64,000 nucleotides of DNA, from the IMG/VR virus record IMGVR_UViG_3300025648_000013; one strand, written 5' to 3'. Shown in pieces: positions 1 through 9,281 of the stretch (within the stretch, counting starts at the first letter, position 1; the number at the start of each line of letters is the position of its first letter). The notes beneath the pieces were generated by a model. It ran no database searches and was not told the origin of the DNA. It saw nothing but the letters and a program-made list of their open reading frames with translations. A program made the translations under genes and the position numbers. This DNA comes from a virus.

Positions 1-540
1 TATGGTCGTCGCGGCTGCAATCCTGTTGATTGTATGTCCTGTGGTGGCAGTGGTGTAGAATATGGTGAAACTTGCATCACTTGTGGTGGTGAAGGTTTCC
101 TGATCGATGACGAGGAAGCTATCCTGCAAGATCGTAACATCGTTGAACTGATTCTGGATGAAAAACTGGATGACATCAAGGCTCATCTGCCCGCCGAAGA
201 TCGTGATCGTCTGACTCAGTTTGAGAGCAATATCCATTTTGATATTGCTCGTCGCGTAAGGCTGATTGGCATGAAGCTGGAATATCTCCGTGAGCGTGGT
301 ATTGATCGTAAAACGTTTGCAATCGATCCGAAGCACAGTGTTGGTGTTGATGCTTTCCTGCGTAGTGTTGGTGTTGATGCTTTCATGCGTCCTATTATTT
401 TCAAGAACTTTGATAACGACATTATCAGTGGTCTGAAGATTGGTGAAGACGTTCGCAACACGATCCGCAATAACCTTGGTCGCACGGCAAAGTACGAAGC
501 GATTCGTGATGCTTGGTTTCCTGGTGTAATCTTTAACTAA
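1..540 (+). CDS. hypothetical early protein with DnaJ-like CxxCxGxG zinc-finger repeats (probably starts before the window)
   Basis: CMSCGGSG and CITCGGEG motifs; frame is open back to position 1. Confidence 0.6.
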   Translation, partial: YGRRGCNPVDCMSCGGSGVEYGETCITCGGEGFLIDDEEAILQDRNIVELILDEKLDDIKAHLPAEDRDRLTQFESNIHFDIARRVRLIGMKLEYLRERGIDRKTFAIDPKHSVGVDAFLRSVGVDAFMRPIIFKNFDNDIISGLKIGEDVRNTIRNNLGRTAKYEAIRDAWFPGVIFN

Positions 541-542
541 GG

Positions 543-683
543 ATGTTCGCGGTGGTAAAGATTCGGTGTAAAAATACGGGTGAGGTGTATGAAGCTGTAG
601 AAAACTATAGCGGAGGCACATATAAACAGAAGCGGGGTACTTTTCGCCCATTGCTTCTAGAAGAATGGATTGAAATATCCTGA
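543..683 (+). CDS. small hypothetical protein (46 aa, MFAVVKIRCKNTGEVY...)
   Basis: Translated by hand; fills the gap between ORFs; below the ORF-track cutoff. Confidence 0.5.
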   Translation: MFAVVKIRCKNTGEVYEAVENYSGGTYKQKRGTFRPLLLEEWIEIS

Positions 684-702
684 TATCGCCCTGCCTTTTC
701 TC

Positions 703-732
703 TTGACAGTTTGTTTTATTTTTGTTACACAT
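703..732 (+). promoter_or_regulatory. sigma70-like early promoter
   Basis: TTGACA at 703-708 and a TA-initiated -10-like hexamer at about 726-731, upstream of the 766 ORF. Confidence 0.5.
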
Positions 733-765
733 TGCGTATACAAGATGTACGAAAGGTCTCTGTAA

Positions 766-1320
766 GTGAATATCTTTTATATCGATGAGTCTGCACAGCA
801 ATGCGCTGAGTGGATGGTTGATAAACATTGCGTCAAGATGATCGTTGAGACGGCACAACTGTTGTCTACTGCACATCGCATTCTTGACGGTGATGAGTAT
901 GTTGGTGAATCTAAAACTGGTCGTAAAGCAAAGCGTTGGCGATTGAATGATGGTCGTCAAGATGTTTTGTATTCTGCTAGTCATATCAATCACCCTTCTG
1001 CTGTGTGGGTGCGACAGTCGGTAGAAAACTATAACTGGCTTGTAGATCATCTGTTTGCTCTTGGCGATGAGTACACTTATCGTTACGGCAAGAAACATTC
1101 GACAATCGAAAAGCTTGGTTATCAGTTGCAGTCTCCACCTTACAAGTTGAAAGAATGGGACTGGACTCCAATGCCTTGCTGTATGCCAGACGAATACAAA
1201 GTGTCAGATGATCCTGTATTGAACTATCGAAACTATTATGTCAATGCGAAGGCATATCTGAAAAGTTATAAGAATCGTCAACCACCGCCATGGTGGCCAG
1301 ACGATTCTGGTGTCTTTTAA
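766..1320 (+). CDS. pyrimidine-dimer DNA glycosylase / endonuclease V-like protein
   Basis: MNIFY...DKHCVKMIVETAQLLSTAH, HINHPSAVWVR and YRNYY motifs typical of the phage family. Confidence 0.8.
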   Translation: MNIFYIDESAQQCAEWMVDKHCVKMIVETAQLLSTAHRILDGDEYVGESKTGRKAKRWRLNDGRQDVLYSASHINHPSAVWVRQSVENYNWLVDHLFALGDEYTYRYGKKHSTIEKLGYQLQSPPYKLKEWDWTPMPCCMPDEYKVSDDPVLNYRNYYVNAKAYLKSYKNRQPPPWWPDDSGVF

Positions 1321-2053
1321 AATTACCAGGGTCGTACATTTTACCACAGTGCTTACATTCTATTTTTGCTGGTTTGGTAAATGATGTAACTTTACGTCCC
1401 TTTCTACTCCTTAGAATTTTTAATTCTTTGGCACGCTCTTCTCCGTGAATTTCTTCATACGTTTTCCCTTTGAGATATTCTTTCGAAACGCCAGTGGTAC
1501 GTTTTCGTATTTGTTCTTTTAGCACTTGCGCCTTTTCCTCGCCGTAAATCTCCTCATATCTCTTACCCTGTCTTTTGGAACGCAGAGCGTCTTTCGTAAT
1601 TTCTGTATGATGCTTTCCAAGCATTCCTCTCGGATGAGTTTTATCTGGACTTTTATTCCACGACATTAACGAGTTGCTGTCCAATTCTTCTTTCATTTTA
1701 TCACTCCGGCGCTGTCGTCTATTTTTGGTCCAGTATTTTTTCGCGCCTTCTTGCATCTTTTGTTTTTGTACGGTGGATCTTGGAGAACTATTACCCTCTC
1801 CACCCTCGCATACATTATGCAATATTCCGTTTGGATCTATATTTTTCCTACCATACCACCTAATATATCGTCTTTCAAGAGCACATGCTCCTACATTACT
1901 AAGGCGTGTTTCGAGAAATACAATTTTAGATGTGTCTTTAGGAGTAGATATTCTACCATGATCTATAAATGCCCTTGTGCCTTTACCTTTACCGATATAG
2001 TATGGTGTGTTAGCCGAAGATCGTAAATAGGCATATACGTAATAAATAAACAT
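1241..2053 (-). mobile_element. free-standing GIY-YIG homing endonuclease with NUMOD3-like repeats and C-terminal zinc finger
   Basis: YYVYAYLR...PYYIGKG...R, conserved E and N, HTEITK motif, CKHCGK; own late promoter and RBS. Confidence 0.85.
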
Positions 2054-2120
2054 TGCTGGTGCTCCTTAATAGCAGTAGTGCGGTTGGACATGCCACTGTC
2101 GCGAACCGTATCTATTTATA
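2054..2120 (-). promoter_or_regulatory. late promoter (TATAAATA, 2120-2113) plus structured leader RNA with RBS hairpin
   Basis: Stem CGGTT/AACCG with inner GACA/TGTC, then AAGGAGCACCAGCA-ATG; matches the leader at 43824-43896. Confidence 0.7.
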
Positions 2121-2122
2121 TG

Positions 2123-2176
2123 AAAACACATCTTCACAAGTGGACTAAGCGTGATGCACCGGAATGGATAGCATAA
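2123..2176 (+). pseudogene. displaced original 3' end of the glycosylase gene (KTHLHKWTKRDAPEWIA*)
   Basis: Aligns with the current C-terminus KAYLKSYKNRQPPPWW and with the family K-W-T-K-R-x-x-P-x-W ending. Confidence 0.7.
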
Positions 2177-2199
2177 ATACTCCTAAAAAGGAGTATACT

Positions 2200-3117
2200 A
2201 TGGCACAGTTAAGTGCAGCCGAACTAAGAAAATATAGTTGGCGCCCAGAAGTCTTTATCAAAAAGATTCAAGACAAATCGCCATTTGAAATATCTGGGGG
2301 TAAGAAGGTAACTCTTCTTGCCCCTGCTTCTGTTATTACTACTTTACGTTCAGGATCTAACTCAGAACTAAATGCACTTAGGATTGCGGATATCGAAGGA
2401 AATCTATACAAACTAAGTGATTTTGTAAAAAATAAAGAGTTTGGTGGTAAAGGCGAAGGATCTGGTATGATCAAAGAAGATCGTGCTTTGGCTTCACTTA
2501 GAGAGCAGATAAATAAAGCAAAGACTGATATAGGCAAAGCAACGATACAAATCAAAATAGGAAACACAACCTATGATGTATTTGATGTTGTCTCTACACC
2601 AGGAACACCAAAGTCAGACTTTCATCTGATAGACAACGACGGTAAAGAAGTTGCATGGATATCACATAAAGACGGCTCAAGGGCAAAAGACTTTCAGCAA
2701 TGGGGCGGCGTATCACAAAGCAAAGAGCCGACGATATACTCCGATAGAGAAACACAAGCCCTTATTAAGGACATCAAAAACAAATATCCTAATGGATTGC
2801 CCAATGTCACAACAGTCGCAAGAAAGATCAAAGAGAAGCGTTTAAAGATGTTGTCTGTATATGGCAACGAATATGGTAAAAGATATAGCCGTCAAAATGT
2901 CACTTTGATGTTACAGGGTGATATCAAGCTATCAAAATCTGGTTCATATTATATCATAACTGCTACTCATACACATTTGAATGGTGAAGATATGACAAAT
3001 GATTATGAACCTGTGTTTATGGCAATATATAAAGGCGATAGAAGTGACTTTGGTATTAGAGGAACTCGCGTCGTTATTGCTCCTCTTGGATGCAGAAAGA
3101 TTACAGAGTTTATATAA
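2200..3117 (+). CDS. PD-(D/E)XK-type nuclease-like protein conserved in T4-like phages
   Basis: TPKSDF...WISHK motif; AAGGAG RBS before ATG 2200; CATAAATA late-promoter variant at 2172. Confidence 0.55.
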   Translation: MAQLSAAELRKYSWRPEVFIKKIQDKSPFEISGGKKVTLLAPASVITTLRSGSNSELNALRIADIEGNLYKLSDFVKNKEFGGKGEGSGMIKEDRALASLREQINKAKTDIGKATIQIKIGNTTYDVFDVVSTPGTPKSDFHLIDNDGKEVAWISHKDGSRAKDFQQWGGVSQSKEPTIYSDRETQALIKDIKNKYPNGLPNVTTVARKIKEKRLKMLSVYGNEYGKRYSRQNVTLMLQGDIKLSKSGSYYIITATHTHLNGEDMTNDYEPVFMAIYKGDRSDFGIRGTRVVIAPLGCRKITEFI

Positions 3118-3120
3118 ATA
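3113..3120 (+). promoter_or_regulatory. T4 gp55-type late promoter TATAAATA
   Basis: Exact consensus; other copies at 10404, 22642, 25970, 34212, 34871, 36290, 43824, 44866 (+) and 2120, 43909, 44893 (-). Confidence 0.8.
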
Positions 3121-3149
3121 CAACATAATCCAGCAATCAAGGCATAATG

Positions 3150-4310
3150 ATGATCAACTTCCTATCATTCTTATCAGAAGCAGTAGAACACATCGGTGGT
3201 ATCCAACATATTGAGCATCCATCCGATAGAACATTTGACGGACCAGAAGCGGCACAACATGCAGTAGACACGCTACGTGGTGCAGCAACAGGAACTGCTC
3301 CAATCTCACGTAAGATTGACGATAAGATGTCATACAATGTCATCAAGACTCCTGATGGTCGCGTTGGTGTAAAATACAAGGGCAAAGGTTCGCATTACAA
3401 CTTCACCAGCGAAGATGTCGATACACAGCATGGGCACAAGCCATATCTTGCTCATCCTCTGAAGCTATTACTAGAGCATCTACCAAAAGTCCTACCTGAT
3501 CGCCCAGGCGAGTGGCAGGGTGGTTATATGAGCGATCCATCAATGAGAACAATCTCAAATGGTCGTATCTCACATCAACCAAACACAATCGAATATTCTG
3601 TACCAACAGACACGAAAGAGGGGCAGAAGCTTCGCAACTCTAAAGTCTCTACAGTTATTCACAGCGAACTTACAGGTCCGAACAGGGAAGCACATCCTGT
3701 TACGGACCTTTCTGAGTTTAAAGAGCATCCAGACGTTCACATGGTGAGTCATCTAGTATCACACGATGAACAACATGGCATTGATCCTGTTGCAAAGCGT
3801 CAAGCATTGACACATCTAGACCGCGCTGAAAAGCTAATGAAGAATCACACCTATGATCATTTAGCTGGCCACGAGATTCCACTTCGCACTTATATCAACT
3901 CAACAGTATCGTCTGGTGAAGAGCCAACGGTTGAAGGATATAAAGAGCATCTTGGTCGTTCTCATCAAAAGAAAATCGATGCTGTTAAGATGCAAAAGAC
4001 CAAAGACGCTAAGACAGCCGAACGCGATGCTGCAATGAAACACGTTGAAGAGAATGCAAAGTCTTTTGGTAAGTCGCTAAAGATTCATGGGCACGTTCAA
4101 AATGCCACCAACATTCTAGCAAGAGCATTGGCCAAGTCTGCACATGGCGGATATGGGCACGCGATTGAAGGCAAAGAAACTGGACCAGAAGGTTTCGTTT
4201 CAAACGGGCTAAAGATCGTTGATCGTGGTGAAGGTGGCTTCAGTCAAGCGAATCGTGCTCGAAGTGCCATTCTTCGCCATTCTCCCAAACTCTCAAAGAT
4301 GGTAAGTTAA
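3150..4310 (+). CDS. conserved T4-like protein, possibly ligase/nucleotidyltransferase fold, with capsid-targeting-like N-terminus
   Basis: HIEHP, KIDD, EGFV and KIVDR...FS.AN motifs; N-terminus MINFLSFLSE. Confidence 0.55.
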   Translation: MINFLSFLSEAVEHIGGIQHIEHPSDRTFDGPEAAQHAVDTLRGAATGTAPISRKIDDKMSYNVIKTPDGRVGVKYKGKGSHYNFTSEDVDTQHGHKPYLAHPLKLLLEHLPKVLPDRPGEWQGGYMSDPSMRTISNGRISHQPNTIEYSVPTDTKEGQKLRNSKVSTVIHSELTGPNREAHPVTDLSEFKEHPDVHMVSHLVSHDEQHGIDPVAKRQALTHLDRAEKLMKNHTYDHLAGHEIPLRTYINSTVSSGEEPTVEGYKEHLGRSHQKKIDAVKMQKTKDAKTAERDAAMKHVEENAKSFGKSLKIHGHVQNATNILARALAKSAHGGYGHAIEGKETGPEGFVSNGLKIVDRGEGGFSQANRARSAILRHSPKLSKMVS

Positions 4311-4311
4311 T

Positions 4312-5130
4312 ATGGGCGATTTTTACGATAAGATTACAAAGAGAATCGAAGCTGCCAAGGGCACACAGTCTGCTATTCAAGCTGGTGCAACTATGACTGG
4401 TTCTCAGCCAAATCAGATTCTAATCAATCCAGACGTACAACTTCGTACCGAAGCTGCTGATCCTGATATGTTTCGCAAGCATCACACACTGTTCTGGGGT
4501 CGTGCAAATCCACCACATGCTGGTCATGAAGCAGCATATGATGTTGTGAAAAAAACAGCAAAGAAGAATGGTGGCACATCGTCAATGGTTCTCACGCGAT
4601 CACAAGATCCAAAGAAGAACCCATTAACACCAGAACAAAAAGAAGAACACGCTAAGGCTGCTTTTCCTGATGTCAATACTTCTGTAACAGATAAAGACCA
4701 TCCTACACTAATGCATCACTTGTCAAAGCTACACGAGAATGGTGTTACTGATCTACATCTTGTTGCTGGTTCAGATCGTATTCCAGAATATCAAAGACTA
4801 CTTGACCAATACAATGGTGTTCATGGTCCACATGGGTACTACAACTTCAAAAAAATCAACATCCATTCGTCTGGTGATCGCGATCCAGACGCGGAAGGCG
4901 TTGCTGGTATCTCTGCATCAGTCATGCGCGGGCACGCTGGTGCTGGTCGCCAGAAAGAGTTTGAAGCTGGTGCACCATCTGCAATGAAGCCAGAACAAAG
5001 AACAAAAATGTATAATGACGTTCGCGCTGGCATGGCTGCTGGTAAGGGCAAGAAGGGTCTGAAAGAAAGCATGGAAGACTGTGATATCTGCGGCAGAACG
5101 GGATGCTTGGTTCACAGAAGAAAGTACTAA
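4312..5130 (+). CDS. cytidylyltransferase-family (HIGH-motif) nucleotidyltransferase
   Basis: FWGRANPPHAGH, KNPL, VAGSDR, RDPDAEGV.G.SAS motifs. Confidence 0.8.
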   Translation: MGDFYDKITKRIEAAKGTQSAIQAGATMTGSQPNQILINPDVQLRTEAADPDMFRKHHTLFWGRANPPHAGHEAAYDVVKKTAKKNGGTSSMVLTRSQDPKKNPLTPEQKEEHAKAAFPDVNTSVTDKDHPTLMHHLSKLHENGVTDLHLVAGSDRIPEYQRLLDQYNGVHGPHGYYNFKKINIHSSGDRDPDAEGVAGISASVMRGHAGAGRQKEFEAGAPSAMKPEQRTKMYNDVRAGMAAGKGKKGLKESMEDCDICGRTGCLVHRRKY

Positions 5131-5132
5131 TC

Positions 5133-6203
5133 ATGGATCCAAGAGTGTTTAAACCTAAGTTACCACATGTACTCAAAACTGGCTCAGTTGGTAACAACCC
5201 TGGATTTCAAAGCAAACCTCGCGTTTCTGAACCTGCGATGGCAGTATCTAAGCAACAGCATTCTATTAAAAAGAAAATCACAGGCACAGATATTCGTTCT
5301 GATCGACCATATGGTGCACAACCAACTAAAGCTGATGCTGTGACAAAACACCTTAAAGACCAGCAACATGCTTTAAAGATACACAAACAAAACTTTGCTA
5401 ATGCTGCTCGTGCTAAAACGAATCCAGCTAAACCACATAATCCACAGAATGCTGGAGACAAAAATCCACTTTCGGTGTTTGAAGATGTGAAGCCAAAGAA
5501 GTACAAGAAAGCACCAAACTACAAAGATAAGCAGATCATGGGGCTTAATGCCACTTTTGGTGGTAACAATCAGAGTCAAGGGGATACAACAGGCGTGACT
5601 ACAAATCCATACGAAAGTGCCCGATACAACATTCCTTTTGATCGTGCTGGCTCAGACGATAAGCCTATTGGTCTAGACAAAGACCTCGAATCAAAAGATA
5701 CCACAAAGCAACTGAAGCGCCGCAAAGCAATGAAGCTTGTGAAAGCGTATGTTGATGAAGAAGGCATTGGCGGTGAAGGCACTTCAGGTGGTTGGGGAGC
5801 AGAGAATGCTGGTGACCCAGGTGCTTCTGCTAGTGGTGGTCAGAACTATACACTAGCAAAGAATGCAAACTCTAAAGGCTACAAGAAAGCCAAGACATTC
5901 AAGGCGATGAAAGAATCGCTTTTTTCTGAAATGGGTTTCGATGGCATCTCTGGTGCAACTGATGCAAGCCCAAATCAAGACGAAATAAATACTGGTACTA
6001 TCGGTCAGCCATTGACGATTGACTCAGCTATCAGCAATGAGAAGCGCAAAGCCAAGAAAAAGGCAGTCAAAGAGGAAATCGAAGTATCACTTGGAACCAC
6101 AGGGAAACGCAAGAAAGTGTTTTCATCAAAAGTTCCTATTCGTATGGCAGACGGTTCTATTAAATCATTACCACCTGGTAAAAGTGGAAGTTCAGGGCAT
6201 TAA
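5133..6203 (+). CDS. hypothetical, probable internal head protein
   Basis: Lys/Gly-rich with several [MVL]-x-E putative prohead-protease sites. Confidence 0.55.
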   Translation: MDPRVFKPKLPHVLKTGSVGNNPGFQSKPRVSEPAMAVSKQQHSIKKKITGTDIRSDRPYGAQPTKADAVTKHLKDQQHALKIHKQNFANAARAKTNPAKPHNPQNAGDKNPLSVFEDVKPKKYKKAPNYKDKQIMGLNATFGGNNQSQGDTTGVTTNPYESARYNIPFDRAGSDDKPIGLDKDLESKDTTKQLKRRKAMKLVKAYVDEEGIGGEGTSGGWGAENAGDPGASASGGQNYTLAKNANSKGYKKAKTFKAMKESLFSEMGFDGISGATDASPNQDEINTGTIGQPLTIDSAISNEKRKAKKKAVKEEIEVSLGTTGKRKKVFSSKVPIRMADGSIKSLPPGKSGSSGH

Positions 6204-6205
6204 TA

Positions 6206-6928
6206 GTGAATGAGAAAGAGCAAAAACTTCTGAATAATCTATCTAGACTTCTGGGCAATCCAGAAGTTTCAGAAAGTGCATTTAAGCAGATTGAAGAAGC
6301 GGCTGCAAAGAAAGAGAAAGAGCGCAAACTATTAGAACAGTTTGAGAATGCTCTACTTGGTGTTGCTGCTCCAAAGAAGATTGAAGAGAAGTCTGAAGTT
6401 ATTGTAGAGACATTTGTTGATAAGCGCAATGAGACTACTCGACAAATAACACAACCTAACTCTGCTGCCACTCCAGTTGAACCACAACCAAAAGTTCCTG
6501 AGACGATTATTAAATCTGCGCCGCCAGAGATTCCGCCAGCAATGCGGAAAGAGATAGATCAACTCAAAAAGACAGTGCTGAATCTACATCAGTTTGCCTC
6601 GCGTATCTCTCAAATGGGAGGCGGCGGGGCTGGTTCTGTTGATGAACTAACCTTTCGCGCAATCGGTGTTAATACAAACTATACAGCAAAGAACCATGAT
6701 TATTATATCGGTGTTAACTGTCCTACAACATGTACGATCACATTACCACCATTGAAGAAAAGTGGATATCAGATTGTCGTGAAAGATGAGAGTGGTCAGT
6801 GTGCTATAAATAACATCACAGTGGTTGCATCGAACGGCGACACAATCGACAACGACACTTCTGCAATAATGGGTATTAATAATATGAGTTTGACTTTTAT
6901 CTATCGTAATGGCTGGAGAATTATCTAA
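6206..6928 (+). CDS. putative virion protein with C-terminal fibre-type beta domain
   Basis: GGGGAG linker, then YYIGV...ITLP...VVKDESG...GWRII domain. Confidence 0.55.
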   Translation: MNEKEQKLLNNLSRLLGNPEVSESAFKQIEEAAAKKEKERKLLEQFENALLGVAAPKKIEEKSEVIVETFVDKRNETTRQITQPNSAATPVEPQPKVPETIIKSAPPEIPPAMRKEIDQLKKTVLNLHQFASRISQMGGGGAGSVDELTFRAIGVNTNYTAKNHDYYIGVNCPTTCTITLPPLKKSGYQIVVKDESGQCAINNITVVASNGDTIDNDTSAIMGINNMSLTFIYRNGWRII

Positions 6929-8403
6929 TGTCTTTTGTTTTCACTAATAACGTTGCCATAGAAAACAGCAATAGTTCTCCTATTACCAATACAACACCGC
7001 TTCCAGTAGTTGGTAATATTGCTATCTCTGGTGTATCTAACACAAACATCTACAATAGCAATGGCACATCAATTGCCAACACAACACCACTTCCTGTTGG
7101 TGTACAATCAAACACAACAAACTACGTCTATGTTCAACAAGCTCCAACGTGGTCACAAGATGCATTATCAAAGACTAGAACATCAGCTACACTAAACCAA
7201 GAATGGTATGTTCCTGTAGTTGATGACGATACGTCATTTAGATGGTCACAAGCACTAAACGGAACAAATGCAAACAGCCAATTCTTAGCAAACACTGCCG
7301 AAATTCAAATGACTAGTGGTAACACTGCTGCTGGTTATACATATCGTCAGACTTTTTCTAAGTTCAAGATTGTTCCTGGTACATCACACCTAATCTATAC
7401 TACACTAAACTTCACAGCTAACACAACTGAATCGGGTGTTACTAGACGATCTGGTATGTTTGATCCATCAAATGGTATCTATTGGGAACAGGGTGGTGCA
7501 TCAGCAAATACTCTTGCCATTGTTGTAAGAAGAACTGTTGCTAATGGTTCTGTCATTGAAGATCGTGTATATGCAAACAGCTTTAATACAGATAAGCTAG
7601 ATGGCACTGGTCCTTCTGGTTTTAACATCTTTACAAATGGATTCAACAAATACTATACGTTCTGGTTCGACTTTATTGGTGGTAGAACTGGTCGTATTCG
7701 TTTTGGTATGGGCACACCTATTGGTCCACAAATCTGTCACGTTCAAAGCTATACTGCACCTGGGCTAACAACAAACTTTATCACTGACAACAGCTTACCG
7801 CTTCGTAGAGAAATCTTCAACTCATCTACACAAACGACACCACCCACATTCAACATGTCTGGTATTTCGTTTCAAGCAGAATCACCGTCATCGTTTAATC
7901 CATCACCTACTACTGCATATAATACGAATGGATACATTTCAGGCACAACACTAACACCAATCATGTCTATTGGGTTACGAGCTGGTGTACCGTATCAAAG
8001 CGCAGATATTACTCCTGGTGAGTTTAATCTTGTTGATATTAACAACCAAGGCAAAAACTCTACTGCCGCAACGTTCTTATATACAGTCGTATATAATGCC
8101 AATGTAAACGGAACATATGCATTTAATGGCAATAGTGCGGTATCTAATTCAAATACAGGCAGAGCAAGTCAGTATTGGACCTGGAGCAACACAGCAACAA
8201 TAACTGGTGGATTGACTGTACTTTCTGGCATCACACAATCAGGTGCAATATCGGCAGCATTTGATGGTCTACCTGGAACGTTTAACTTGGGCGCAGATAT
8301 CAATCAAAACCCTGCAACACTGACCTTGTGTGTGAGACAGTTGGCGGCTGGTGGCGGTACGTCAAACGTTGTGTCATCTTGGAACTTTATCGAGCAACTA
8401 TAA
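6928..8403 (+). CDS. putative virion structural protein (lectin/beta-sandwich-like)
   Basis: 491 aa, Asn/Thr/Ser rich; N-terminal NTTPLPV repeat. Confidence 0.55.
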   Translation: MSFVFTNNVAIENSNSSPITNTTPLPVVGNIAISGVSNTNIYNSNGTSIANTTPLPVGVQSNTTNYVYVQQAPTWSQDALSKTRTSATLNQEWYVPVVDDDTSFRWSQALNGTNANSQFLANTAEIQMTSGNTAAGYTYRQTFSKFKIVPGTSHLIYTTLNFTANTTESGVTRRSGMFDPSNGIYWEQGGASANTLAIVVRRTVANGSVIEDRVYANSFNTDKLDGTGPSGFNIFTNGFNKYYTFWFDFIGGRTGRIRFGMGTPIGPQICHVQSYTAPGLTTNFITDNSLPLRREIFNSSTQTTPPTFNMSGISFQAESPSSFNPSPTTAYNTNGYISGTTLTPIMSIGLRAGVPYQSADITPGEFNLVDINNQGKNSTAATFLYTVVYNANVNGTYAFNGNSAVSNSNTGRASQYWTWSNTATITGGLTVLSGITQSGAISAAFDGLPGTFNLGADINQNPATLTLCVRQLAAGGGTSNVVSSWNFIEQL

Positions 8404-9281
8404 TGAAAAACTTTGGCACATTCACAGAACAAAAGATCAAACTGATTCAAGAGAAGTTGAAGTATGGTATTGGCGATCTTGATCCTGTTCTAAGCAAAGA
8501 CACAATGGATTATCACTATCACGGGCTGGCTGCCAAATATGTTGAAAGGTATAATAAGAATGAAGGTGATAAAGACTTTAACTTTGGTGGCGCTATTCTG
8601 CATAACTTGTATTTCGCTCAGTTCTGCGAATCAGGATCTTCTGAGTTTGGAGGCACAGCAAAAGAAAAGATTGGCGGAATACAGAGCCTATATGAAAAGA
8701 TAGAAGAAGTCGCAAAGGGCATTCAAGGATCTGGATGGATCTATCTTGATGATAAGTGTGATATTCATGTTATTCCAAATCACGAATATCATTCAGGAAT
8801 GAAAATAGTTCTTTTGATTGATTGGTGGGAACACGCTTGGGCGCTTGACTATAAAGCAGACAAGATGGAGTATCTGAAGAACATCTTCAAGATCATTGAC
8901 TGGTCGGTAATCTCTGGTCGATTTGTTTCAATGCTAAAAGAAGAAAGCGAAGTTGCTTCTATTCCTGCTGGTCCACAAGGGCAGATGCAGGATGTATTGA
9001 AGAATCCATCTCTAATGCACAACGACAAGAATCAAGCATATGCCGCTGCTGAAAAGATGGCATCAGAACAAACCAACATAGATGATCGCGCATACATTCT
9101 TTCATACAGAGACTACCAGCGCGCTCATGTCAAGCAATTTGTTGTCATATATAATAAGACATTACTCTCACAGGCTCCAGACTGGAAAGAACGTGGGTAC
9201 ACGATTATTGGCTGGGTTTCAAGAAAAGACGGCAAAGTAATCAAAACACCAGATGGCAGATACGTAAAGGAACAACAATGA
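8403..9281 (+). CDS. sod: Fe/Mn superoxide dismutase with C-terminal extension
   Basis: Metal ligands in MDYHY, LHNLYF and DWWEHAW; QGSGW motif; likely start ATG 8403. Confidence 0.85.
   Translation: MKNFGTFTEQKIKLIQEKLKYGIGDLDPVLSKDTMDYHYHGLAAKYVERYNKNEGDKDFNFGGAILHNLYFAQFCESGSSEFGGTAKEKIGGIQSLYEKIEEVAKGIQGSGWIYLDDKCDIHVIPNHEYHSGMKIVLLIDWWEHAWALDYKADKMEYLKNIFKIIDWSVISGRFVSMLKEESEVASIPAGPQGQMQDVLKNPSLMHNDKNQAYAAAEKMASEQTNIDDRAYILSYRDYQRAHVKQFVVIYNKTLLSQAPDWKERGYTIIGWVSRKDGKVIKTPDGRYVKEQQ

Noticed and set aside
8328-8402. ORF-track upstream starts (8328, 2164, 9706, 29885, 32440, 44876, 62782)
   Set aside because: They overlap upstream genes or promoters. Downstream ATGs with an RBS or stop-start coupling fit better and were used instead.
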